Shown here in pieces: positions 46,339 through 55,247 of a stretch of DNA of 64,000 nt (within the stretch, counting starts at the first letter, position 1; every line of letters begins with the position of its first letter). The notes beneath the pieces are model-generated. The model worked only from the letters and a program-made list of their open reading frames with translations, was not told the DNA's origin and did no database searches. Origin of the DNA: Candidatus Micrarchaeota archaeon. Its GTDB lineage: Archaea; Micrarchaeota; Micrarchaeia; Micrarchaeales; CABMGC01. The position numbers were made by a program, and so were the translations under genes. The stretch is from assembly GCA_021848065.1 (NCBI GenBank), contig JAJZNA010000009.1, positions 3,271-67,270 of the forward strand, read 5' to 3'.

Positions 46339-46839
46339 ATGGGTATGTCCAGTATTGATAAGAAAGGTTCTTGGTGGAAATGGGTAGTTGGTTTTATAGT
46401 AATAATTATACTGTCAGCAGTATTTTTATCAGGTATATGGCTCCCATTTCAAGGTACACCTCTAAGCACAAGATGCATCACACAACAAAACTATACTTGT
46501 TCTGAGGTCGTTTATAGCCACAGTACTGGTAATTTAACACTAATTATAGGGCAGTCAACTAGATATAACTGGACCTCTGTTAGTATATATTTTGTACCGT
46601 TTGGTACGGCTAATGTTGGTGGTATACCTAGCACAATACTTGATGGTATTGCTTCAGGTAATGTTATAATGCAAGGTCTAGCAAGCGGATCTACCTCCTC
46701 TATTACATTGAGGATATCCTCCCCTTCAGTTACACAAAAGGGCACAGTAGCAAATGGATCTATATGGGCCAAATACACCACTTCAAATGGTGGGCCATAT
46801 TATGCTCAAATGGCTCTGCTAAAAACAAGTGCAACATGA
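46339..46839 (+). CDS. Small signal-anchored beta-rich protein, cassette partner A2
   Basis: Paralogue of the 44144 gene: KKG + TM, Cys pair, TGNLT, SIWAKYTTSNGGPYY. Confidence 0.65.
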   Translation: MGMSSIDKKGSWWKWVVGFIVIIILSAVFLSGIWLPFQGTPLSTRCITQQNYTCSEVVYSHSTGNLTLIIGQSTRYNWTSVSIYFVPFGTANVGGIPSTILDGIASGNVIMQGLASGSTSSITLRISSPSVTQKGTVANGSIWAKYTTSNGGPYYAQMALLKTSAT

Positions 46840-46890
46840 TGTGATTCAATAGTTTACTATACCTCTTTACATAGCATTTATTCAAAGCCT

Positions 46891-49800
46891 TTGCTTATCT
46901 TTTCTTTTGCAATGTGTATAATCTCCATAGCATTCGCCACACAAAACATTCAACCCGAGTTTGGTCCTTGGGCCGGGTGGTCAATATCTGCCAGTGCTAA
47001 TGGCAACTCCAATCTTTATACTGTCAATGCAATAAACGGTTCATGGGTTGTGCAGAATACCATTCCAACAGGAATAACTGATGGTTTCGGATCTCAATGG
47101 ATTGGAATAGGTGGTGTGAGTTCAACACCCCTAATCCAAATAGGTACTGTGTCTGATTGGGTAGTTACCTGTACTAATATCACTTGCTCCGGACACACAT
47201 TATACGCACCATTTGCAGAAACAGTTGGTTTAGGTGGTGTGATACCATTTATCTACACTATGCTGATGTCTATAAGTCCTGGAGACAAGATGCAGTCATC
47301 GATAAATTTAGTAAATGGTTCTTACTGTTTAATGGGTTCCCCCTGCTGGAAGTTATATCTCAACGACACAAATAAAAGTAAAAACAGTAGGCCTTGGATA
47401 ACATACATAACATTTGCTCCTAACCGGACTTCTGCTGATTGGGAAGAAGAAAGTTTGCAACCGTTTACTATGTCTTTACCACTATCAAATTTCAAGGTAG
47501 CATACTTTGGACCCCATTTTACAAAAATACCTAATACAAATCAAGCCAACATAAACTACTCGACAAATGTATCTATTGGTGGATACAATTATCTATTAAG
47601 AAACATATTTTCTGAGGGAGGAGCTGGGTTTGCAAACGCGTCAAACCTCTATTCAGATAATTCCAGTTTCATAGTCTACGAAGGCCCACAGCTGCAACTA
47701 AACGGAAATATAAATGCATCGTCTACTCTGCTCAATTTCGGACAAAATTCTACCCTCATCGGGTTAAATGCAACAGGCGGTTCTGGAAACTACACCTATA
47801 CTTGGATTGAACAGAAGTACGTGAATGCAAATACTTCAGTTACAACAAACGTAAATTGCTATAAAGGACCTTCAGATAACCAAATGCATTATATATTCTC
47901 TCCAGGGTGCGGGGTTACCCCAGGTATCTATCTCTTCACGCTTGAAGTAACTGATAACCGCACTGAAGTAACCCAGAAATCTAATACCGTAAGCATAACT
48001 GTAAATCCCAATCCTTCAGTCAGCCTTCCAACAAACATATCTTTGTACATACCTATACGTATAACCAACTCCCAGAACTCTCCAACTTCTGCACCATTTG
48101 ACCAGGCCGTTACTGTTGATAGCGCGGAATTCTCACGCTATGAGAATGCTAACCTTAGCAATATACGGTTCTTCTATAAAAATGGCACTATTGTACCTTC
48201 GTGGCTGGAAGGGAGTTACAAGAGCAGTTTCAGCAACGCATCTACGCGCACGTTATACTGGCTTAAACTCCAGAATGGGATAGGCGCAGGCCAGACTATA
48301 TATGTGTACATGGGATTTGGGCCTACTGGATCAATGATGTTCAATTCGAATAACACTGGTGCTGACCCGTATGGGTTTTCCAGCTCATATCCAATCTACT
48401 CATACGATGACGGCTCAAAAATATTTCCATTCTACGATAATTTTGCTGGAAATACGCTCGACAGTAATTGGACTGCTATAAATGGTTCAGGGAAAGAAAC
48501 AAGGCAAGGCTATTATGTTGATAATGGGCTCTACCAAAATCAAAGCTCAGGCGCAGAAGTATCCATATATACTGGAAACATGTTCCATTATGGGCAAATT
48601 GTTGACTTTGGGGGTTCTATCCCTTCTAGATACGCTCTACCTTCTGGCCCACCATACTACTGTGGCGTGGGTGAAGGTACAAACAAGGAAGGCTTCTTCA
48701 ATGCAGCTAATGCATTTTCAGATAATGTCTTGACAAATGGCCAAGCAATACTTATGGGCTACGGTGTTCAAGAACAGTCTTCATTAGGCTGTAGCGGCGG
48801 CGGATACGATGGCAAATGGCTATACGATAGTGAACTAGCATCCAATAATCTCTTCGAAGCCCCTAGTGCGTCATCAATACTCTTCGGATCAAATAACGAA
48901 ACAGGTATATCCTCCAATGCAACTGCATATCTTGGCAGTTATAATCTGAATTATGCTTTCCAGACCGCAAATGTAGCTATAATTAATTCTGCCGAAGGTG
49001 AACTTCTAGGACTCCAGATGGTAAACCTGGCTAGCGGATACCTTCATTGGGTTCGTATAAGAAACTCGCCTCCAGATGGCATAATGCCAAATGTGACTAT
49101 AGCCTCAATACCTACTAATCTGTCATTTTCTAATCCGATAACCCTGCAAGGATACCCTGACACACTTACCGCGCATGTGCCTTTCAATGATCCTGTAACA
49201 CTCACTATAGGGGACCCTATAGCTAGCATAAATGGCACAGGCAGTGTCAATTACACCATATGCTCTACAAAATCTACATGCTTGCCTGCTGGTACCTATA
49301 CTGTAACCGTTAATGACACAAAACAGTCTGTTGTAGAAAATTGGACTCTTGTGATAGAGGCGCCCCCAAATGTAATTGCCACACCTTCCAAATCAACGCT
49401 TGATCAGGGCCAGCAGATATACCTAAGCGCAAACATATCTAATGGGACCGGACAATATGATTATCAATGGTATAACCTTACTTTAGGGAACAGCACTGCA
49501 ATTACGGGTCAAACTGGAAAGCTGTTTCTATTCAATGCTATGAAAACAGGCACATTCAAATATTATGTAATAGCAAATGACATTGGAACCAACGAAACTT
49601 ATTCAGCAAAATCCAATAACGTTACTGTTACTATATATCCTATGCTATCTGTAAATATAACTCCCGCATTCAGAGCCATGTCGCCTGGTGGAAATGATAA
49701 TATCCTCATGCATTCTATTGTTAATGGTGGCACTGGGAATTTCACATACCAGTGGTATAATTTCAGCTCCGGAATATTCCCCGTCCCTATGCCTGCTCTA

Positions 49801-52800
49801 ACTTCAAATGAAACTTCAGTGGTGTTCAATTCCCTTGGTGATTATTCTTACCTTCTAATAGTTACTGATGAAGGTACAACAACCTCACCCAAAGCATCTA
49901 CAATATCATATCCTAACAACATCTCAGTAACTTATCCTATCATAAAGTTATTTCCTAAAAATGACACAATATTCAATAATCAATCTATTACTTTTACAAA
50001 TCTAACACTTCCAAACGACACCGTCTATACCTTTTCGTATAACATATCGCAATACGGAAAATCCGCTTCAACTTCAAACTATCTGGTATCTGGAAATTCG
50101 ATACGATTCTTCAATATAAACTCGCAGCATCCTCAAATTTTTAATGTATCAGAAACTGCTATGGACAGTTCAGGACATATCGGGTTATCGTCTAACAGCA
50201 CGATAACCGTCAACCCCCCATATTTCTGGTCGCCTCCAAATAAAATAACAGCGTACATAAATCTCACAATATACAATGGCCAGAACTACTCCATAGCCGC
50301 CAATACACAAATACCCATATATCTAAATGTTGTAAAATACAATGCATATGCTGCTAATAATTTGGTTAACTTCGAAGTGTTCAACGGATTTGACGAAGAA
50401 ATAGTTCCATCCTGGATTGAGAACCAGACATCAAATAGTATAGCCTCAAATGGAAACGCTTTGATATGGGTAAAACTGCCATATGCAATAGCTGCAAAAT
50501 CAAGTTCTGTAAATGCAATATCTATGGGATTTGCAAATATGTCTACATCCCTTTTAAATCACAATAATGATGGCATAGCTCCAGAGCTATATTGTTTGGA
50601 AGGGGGAACAGTATGCCCTCAGACTAGCTACGGCGAATACGATGACGGTGCTTCTGTATTCAATTTTTATAGTAACTTTTCAGGTTCACAACTAAACGAC
50701 CAATGGACAAATCCATATGGGTCATCACTGACAGTGGATAATGGATTAACGCTAGCCCCTGCAACTAGCACTGGTTGTAGTAATAATGGCGGTGAACTTC
50801 AATCTGCCAATTCTTTCTATCTACCAGGCAATACTGTAGACTATTACGGTATACTACGTGGGGGAAGTGGCGCACCATGGTCTTCTGCAGGCATGGGTGT
50901 ATTTTCATCTCCAAATACTTGTGGAGGCACTAGTCAAGGCGATATTGACTGGGGTGCGAGCGAACGGTATTACAGAGCCAATCCAACAAGTTCCGACGCC
51001 AACATAAACTTCCTTTCAGAAATTACTGTATGGTCGATAGGTAGTAATCCTTCAGGATATGTATTATATTATTCACAAGGCTATCATAATACGCAATCAC
51101 AGCCAACTTCAAGTAATTTATCTAATGGGAATGTGGTAATTTATCAGCAAGTCAATTCTGGAGGATCTGCAAATGCAACTTGGGTCAGGATAAGAAAATC
51201 GCTTCCTAACGGCATCAAGCCTGAGGTATACTTCGGCCCATTGCTATATGCCCCATTAAATAACACAAAAGTACATGTCACCATAACTCTCTCACCGACA
51301 TCGGAACTCACTGATGCAGGACAGTCAGTGACATTCTATAATACAACTACCGGCGGCACTCCACCATACGTCTTCGCATACTCCGTGTCCCAATTCGGAA
51401 CACCTGCATCAACCGGCAACTATCTCATATCAGGAAACTCCATAAAGTTCACAAATGCCGGCACGTACAACGTAATAGAAAACGTCACTGACAGCATAGG
51501 CAACATTGCACACTCATCCAACAGCACGATAACCGTAAACCTAAAAACATCTAATTCTTCAGTGTGCGACATAGTTCCTGCAGATTTTAATATTACTGCA
51601 TGTATCCCTGTTTCAATAAGCAATACGCAAAATAGTAAAATGAATATGGGAACCCAGATTGCAATCCCATTCCCTGCGAATTCGTATGAAACATATGAAG
51701 CTGCAAACATGATGAATGTATTCCTATACAATGCCAGCAGCGGCAATACTGCCCCATGCTGGCTTGAAGGCAATACCCTAAACGAGATACAGTCGCAGAA
51801 CCTTTACGCATCCGCAAATCTGCTTTACTGGTGTAAGATGCCCGATTCAATACCTGCACAGTCAACAGATACCAACTGGTACTTTGGTTTTGCCAATTCC
51901 TCTACAGATCTTTATGGCAATCCGATTGCACAACTTGGTGCTGCCCCACAACTCCACTGTGGCAGCCCGTACAACTGCCCCACATCTTCATATGCAGGCG
52001 CAGACAACGGCAATGCTGTATTCAGCTTCTACGATAATTTCTCAGGAACAACATTGAGATCCAAATGGGCAGGTAGCACTAATCCATCATATTGTACTTA
52101 TACTGTATCAAATGGGCTTGAGGTAACGGATTCCCATTCAAATGGTGGCAATATCTTCTGTCAAACCTACAGTCTGCCTTCGTTCACTCTTCCAATAATT
52201 TCGGAAGGATTGCTTGAAGGCACCACCAGTTCAACGTATACTTCGATAGGTGCAAATATGACTGCCACCTCACAGGCTAATACTAATTCATACTTGATGT
52301 GGTTCAACCCTTATCATGGCTGTGAAATCATGTCATCTGATGGGGAAATACTAGGTGATGTGTCTGGAATATCTTCGACATGCAATGAGAACGTTTGGTC
52401 AATTTATTCATTATTTGCATCTCCAAATTCCATCACCGCAACGTTGAACTATGATCTATCTGCATCTCAGAATACGAGTTCAGTGCCTGTACCCTCCCCA
52501 ACAAATATAATCACTTCTGTGGGTGAGTATCCTGGCACGGCAGTCTCAAAATACCAGTGGGTAAGGGCAAGAGTTCCACCTCCAAATAATGTCCAGCCAA
52601 CAATAAGTTATTCTTCTTTGAAGGTTGCAAATTCGCATGTATCCTTGCTATTCAGCTCAAATCCTGCAAATGCCGAATCTTCAATCAATGTGACTGCAAC
52701 CTGTGTGCCTAACACCGATACATGCGCAGTGCAATCTCCACTTGGAACAACCTTATGTTCGGGTACTGGTTCATGTGTATACCAGACATCAGCGCTGCCA

Positions 52801-54159
52801 GCAGGAAACTACACTTATTTTGCAAATGATCTCACCTTAAACCACAATGTAAAGGAAATTTTGCAGATGGTGGCATACTGCGGAAACACTCCTTCCGGAT
52901 TTAGCGTAGATACCTGCGTACCAATTAAAATAGATAACACCCAGACTAGCTCCATACTCCCGAACACCCAGATTGCAATTCCATTCCCTGCGAATTCGTA
53001 TGAAACATACGAAGCCGCAAACATGATGAATATATTCCTATACAACGCCAGCAGCGGCAAGACTGCTCCCTGCTGGCTTGAAGGAAATACCCTCAACGAG
53101 ATGCAGTCACAGAACCTTTACACGTCTGCAAACCTATTGTACTGGTGCAGGATTCCTGACTCAATACCTGCACAGTCAACAGATACCAACTGGTACTTTG
53201 GCCTTGCACCTTCCTCAACAGATCTTTATGGCAACTCCATTGCGCAACTCGGTGCCGCCCCACAGCTCTACTGTGGCAGCCCGTACAACTGTCCTGCATC
53301 ATCATACGCTGGCGCAGACAATGGCAATGCAGTATTCAACTTCTATGATAACTTCTCAGGGACCGTTCTAGGCTCCAAATGGTATGCCCGTGCAGGCACT
53401 GCGACTGTAAACAACAGCGTGACATTCACCATGGGCAGCCAGGACAGCTGGCTGTCATCCACAATTCCTATAAATGGCCTGACAAATGATACGGACTTCC
53501 TAGGATCAATTGCAGGAACTACCTCAGGATATGATGCGCAATGGGTCTGCTATAGCGAAGGAAGTGCATCTACCGACGGCTGCACAAGTTACGGATTTAA
53601 GATAGGAGGCAGCAGCGGCGCAGGAAGCGATCTTCTTTCATGTAGCGGCAGCCTATGTGAAACATACGGCACCATCTCGTCAGTGGCCACTCCTACTGCA
53701 ATATCCCTATTCTCAATATGGTCTGCAGGAGGGATGGCGTATGTCTCTGATAATTATGGCATCATAAGTTCCGTTAACAACTCGCAGTATCTCACATCCA
53801 ATATTGATTTTGGAGGATCTTCGACATTCACCTCGGGCATGAAGTACTTCCTATATTATGTAAGATCGAGGACGCAGCCGCCTAACAACGTGCAGCCGTC
53901 AATAAGTTATGGCACTTCAGGAAGCCTCAATGGGACCAAGGCTGCGGTTGCGGGAAGCACTGCACCATACCTAGGCAACGCGTATACTGTTTCAGGCCAA
54001 TCAACGCAGCTAACCGCGACCAATTCTTTGTCCGGAGGTGGCATGATAACAAGTTCCACTTCAACGGGTGGCTTTACTTCGATTAGCACGGTCACTACTG
54101 TGGCTCCTTCTAACAATGTGGGGACGGTGCAGAAATCGCACCATAAATCTTCAAAATAA
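46891..54159 (+). CDS. Giant secreted multidomain protein: peptidase G1-like domain + 4 x (DUF2341-like + LamG/ConA-like) modules + Ig/PKD-like repeats
   Basis: Uninterrupted 2,422-codon ORF (TTG 46891 or ATG 46912) with a hydrophobic N-terminus. G1 blocks PWAGWS, INGSWVV, QWIGIGG, LIQIGT, ADWEEES. DUF2341-like starts lie near 48040, 50245, 51590 and 52905. Each module ends in [WY]VR[IAS]R..PP[DN][GN]..P. Ig-like repeats carry G-G-[ST]-G-x-[YF]-x-Y-x-W. The C-terminal tail is S/T/G-rich and there is no TM anchor. Confidence 0.7.
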   Translation: MLIFSFAMCIISIAFATQNIQPEFGPWAGWSISASANGNSNLYTVNAINGSWVVQNTIPTGITDGFGSQWIGIGGVSSTPLIQIGTVSDWVVTCTNITCSGHTLYAPFAETVGLGGVIPFIYTMLMSISPGDKMQSSINLVNGSYCLMGSPCWKLYLNDTNKSKNSRPWITYITFAPNRTSADWEEESLQPFTMSLPLSNFKVAYFGPHFTKIPNTNQANINYSTNVSIGGYNYLLRNIFSEGGAGFANASNLYSDNSSFIVYEGPQLQLNGNINASSTLLNFGQNSTLIGLNATGGSGNYTYTWIEQKYVNANTSVTTNVNCYKGPSDNQMHYIFSPGCGVTPGIYLFTLEVTDNRTEVTQKSNTVSITVNPNPSVSLPTNISLYIPIRITNSQNSPTSAPFDQAVTVDSAEFSRYENANLSNIRFFYKNGTIVPSWLEGSYKSSFSNASTRTLYWLKLQNGIGAGQTIYVYMGFGPTGSMMFNSNNTGADPYGFSSSYPIYSYDDGSKIFPFYDNFAGNTLDSNWTAINGSGKETRQGYYVDNGLYQNQSSGAEVSIYTGNMFHYGQIVDFGGSIPSRYALPSGPPYYCGVGEGTNKEGFFNAANAFSDNVLTNGQAILMGYGVQEQSSLGCSGGGYDGKWLYDSELASNNLFEAPSASSILFGSNNETGISSNATAYLGSYNLNYAFQTANVAIINSAEGELLGLQMVNLASGYLHWVRIRNSPPDGIMPNVTIASIPTNLSFSNPITLQGYPDTLTAHVPFNDPVTLTIGDPIASINGTGSVNYTICSTKSTCLPAGTYTVTVNDTKQSVVENWTLVIEAPPNVIATPSKSTLDQGQQIYLSANISNGTGQYDYQWYNLTLGNSTAITGQTGKLFLFNAMKTGTFKYYVIANDIGTNETYSAKSNNVTVTIYPMLSVNITPAFRAMSPGGNDNILMHSIVNGGTGNFTYQWYNFSSGIFPVPMPALTSNETSVVFNSLGDYSYLLIVTDEGTTTSPKASTISYPNNISVTYPIIKLFPKNDTIFNNQSITFTNLTLPNDTVYTFSYNISQYGKSASTSNYLVSGNSIRFFNINSQHPQIFNVSETAMDSSGHIGLSSNSTITVNPPYFWSPPNKITAYINLTIYNGQNYSIAANTQIPIYLNVVKYNAYAANNLVNFEVFNGFDEEIVPSWIENQTSNSIASNGNALIWVKLPYAIAAKSSSVNAISMGFANMSTSLLNHNNDGIAPELYCLEGGTVCPQTSYGEYDDGASVFNFYSNFSGSQLNDQWTNPYGSSLTVDNGLTLAPATSTGCSNNGGELQSANSFYLPGNTVDYYGILRGGSGAPWSSAGMGVFSSPNTCGGTSQGDIDWGASERYYRANPTSSDANINFLSEITVWSIGSNPSGYVLYYSQGYHNTQSQPTSSNLSNGNVVIYQQVNSGGSANATWVRIRKSLPNGIKPEVYFGPLLYAPLNNTKVHVTITLSPTSELTDAGQSVTFYNTTTGGTPPYVFAYSVSQFGTPASTGNYLISGNSIKFTNAGTYNVIENVTDSIGNIAHSSNSTITVNLKTSNSSVCDIVPADFNITACIPVSISNTQNSKMNMGTQIAIPFPANSYETYEAANMMNVFLYNASSGNTAPCWLEGNTLNEIQSQNLYASANLLYWCKMPDSIPAQSTDTNWYFGFANSSTDLYGNPIAQLGAAPQLHCGSPYNCPTSSYAGADNGNAVFSFYDNFSGTTLRSKWAGSTNPSYCTYTVSNGLEVTDSHSNGGNIFCQTYSLPSFTLPIISEGLLEGTTSSTYTSIGANMTATSQANTNSYLMWFNPYHGCEIMSSDGEILGDVSGISSTCNENVWSIYSLFASPNSITATLNYDLSASQNTSSVPVPSPTNIITSVGEYPGTAVSKYQWVRARVPPPNNVQPTISYSSLKVANSHVSLLFSSNPANAESSINVTATCVPNTDTCAVQSPLGTTLCSGTGSCVYQTSALPAGNYTYFANDLTLNHNVKEILQMVAYCGNTPSGFSVDTCVPIKIDNTQTSSILPNTQIAIPFPANSYETYEAANMMNIFLYNASSGKTAPCWLEGNTLNEMQSQNLYTSANLLYWCRIPDSIPAQSTDTNWYFGLAPSSTDLYGNSIAQLGAAPQLYCGSPYNCPASSYAGADNGNAVFNFYDNFSGTVLGSKWYARAGTATVNNSVTFTMGSQDSWLSSTIPINGLTNDTDFLGSIAGTTSGYDAQWVCYSEGSASTDGCTSYGFKIGGSSGAGSDLLSCSGSLCETYGTISSVATPTAISLFSIWSAGGMAYVSDNYGIISSVNNSQYLTSNIDFGGSSTFTSGMKYFLYYVRSRTQPPNNVQPSISYGTSGSLNGTKAAVAGSTAPYLGNAYTVSGQSTQLTATNSLSGGGMITSSTSTGGFTSISTVTTVAPSNNVGTVQKSHHKSSK
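51652..52068 (+). repeat. Intragenic repeat copy A (DUF2341-like module core)
   Basis: Roughly 90% or more identical by eye to 52966-53382. The offset is exactly 1,314 nt (438 codons, in frame). Confidence 0.8.
52966..53382 (+). repeat. Intragenic repeat copy B
   Basis: See copy A. For example, cagattgcaat[c/t]ccattccctgcgaattcgtatgaaacata[t/c]gaagc[t/c]gcaaacatgatgaat. Confidence 0.8.
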
Positions 54160-54170
54160 CCGGTGTAAGA

Positions 54171-54461
54171 ATGGCCAATATCTCCAAAATAACTGAGGAA
54201 CTTGGAAGGTCTCCAACCTTGGAAAACTGGGAAAGGTTCCGCAAGGCCCTTGCATCTTCCGGAATAAAATATTATTCAATAAAGTTTCCAGAGCCTAGTC
54301 TCAAGGGACTAGAAGACCTGCGCAGCGCGTATGCAGAGCTCTACGATTCAAGGGGAAGACCCATTTTCCGAGTGCCTATAATAATGTCATCAGGGAAAGG
54401 CGTACGCGGTGCGACTTCCTACCTTAAGGGCCTGCTGAACCTGAACAGGTGGCCATCATGA
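54171..54461 (+). CDS. Hypothetical small protein
   Basis: 96-aa ORF whose 3' end overlaps the cysD start by 13 nt. No motif recognised. Confidence 0.4.
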   Translation: MANISKITEELGRSPTLENWERFRKALASSGIKYYSIKFPEPSLKGLEDLRSAYAELYDSRGRPIFRVPIIMSSGKGVRGATSYLKGLLNLNRWPS

Positions 54462-55246
54462 TCAAGCAAGACCTCGCAGAGCTTGAAGAAAAGAGCATAT
54501 TCATACTGCGCGAGGCGCATTCACGTTTCAAGAATGTGGCAGCGCTCTGGTCCATGGGCAAGGACTCTACTGTGATGCTCTCAATTGCAAGGAAGGCCTT
54601 CATGGGAAAAGTCCCATTTCCCGTCATACACATAGACAATGGCATAGACTTCCCTGAGACGTACCAGTTCAGGGACGAGTTGGCTCGGAAATGGGGCCTG
54701 GACCTTATAGTTGCCCAGAGCGCCATAAAGCCTGAGATATCCGGGTTCGGATGCTGCGGTGCGAACAAGACAGAGGCGCTTAAGAGGGTTCTAGCCTCCA
54801 ACGGCTTCGACGCGCTCATAGTGTCCATAAGAAGGGATGAGAATGGCGTACGTGCAAAGGAAAGGGTAATCTCGCCAAGGGACAAGAACTTCAAGTGGAA
54901 GTATCGGGACCAGCCTGCAGAGGTCTGGGACAGCTATTCATTCAGGCAGGAATCCGGAGGCCATGCACGCGTACACCCTCTGCTGGACTTCAACGAGCTT
55001 GATATATGGGATTACATCCGTAAGGAGCGTATTCCCGTAAATCCACTATACTATTCAAGGAATGGGAAGAGATACCGCAGCCTCGGATGCACCCATTGCA
55101 CAAGCCCTATAAGCTCCGAAGCCAAGAGTGTAAAGGGCATAATATCTGAACTCGAGTCAAGCAGGCTTGAGGAGCGCTCCGGAAGGGATCAGGACAAGGA
55201 GCGCGAATACGTGATGCAGCGGCTAAGATCACTCGGATACATGTAA
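54449..55246 (+). CDS. cysD: Sulfate adenylyltransferase subunit 2 (CysD, PAPS-reductase fold)
   Basis: PP-loop-like LWSMGKDSTVML, then FPVIHIDNGIDFPETYQFRDE, then C-terminal ERSGRDQDKE. Confidence 0.8.
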   Translation: MAIMIKQDLAELEEKSIFILREAHSRFKNVAALWSMGKDSTVMLSIARKAFMGKVPFPVIHIDNGIDFPETYQFRDELARKWGLDLIVAQSAIKPEISGFGCCGANKTEALKRVLASNGFDALIVSIRRDENGVRAKERVISPRDKNFKWKYRDQPAEVWDSYSFRQESGGHARVHPLLDFNELDIWDYIRKERIPVNPLYYSRNGKRYRSLGCTHCTSPISSEAKSVKGIISELESSRLEERSGRDQDKEREYVMQRLRSLGYM

Positions 55247-55247
55247 A

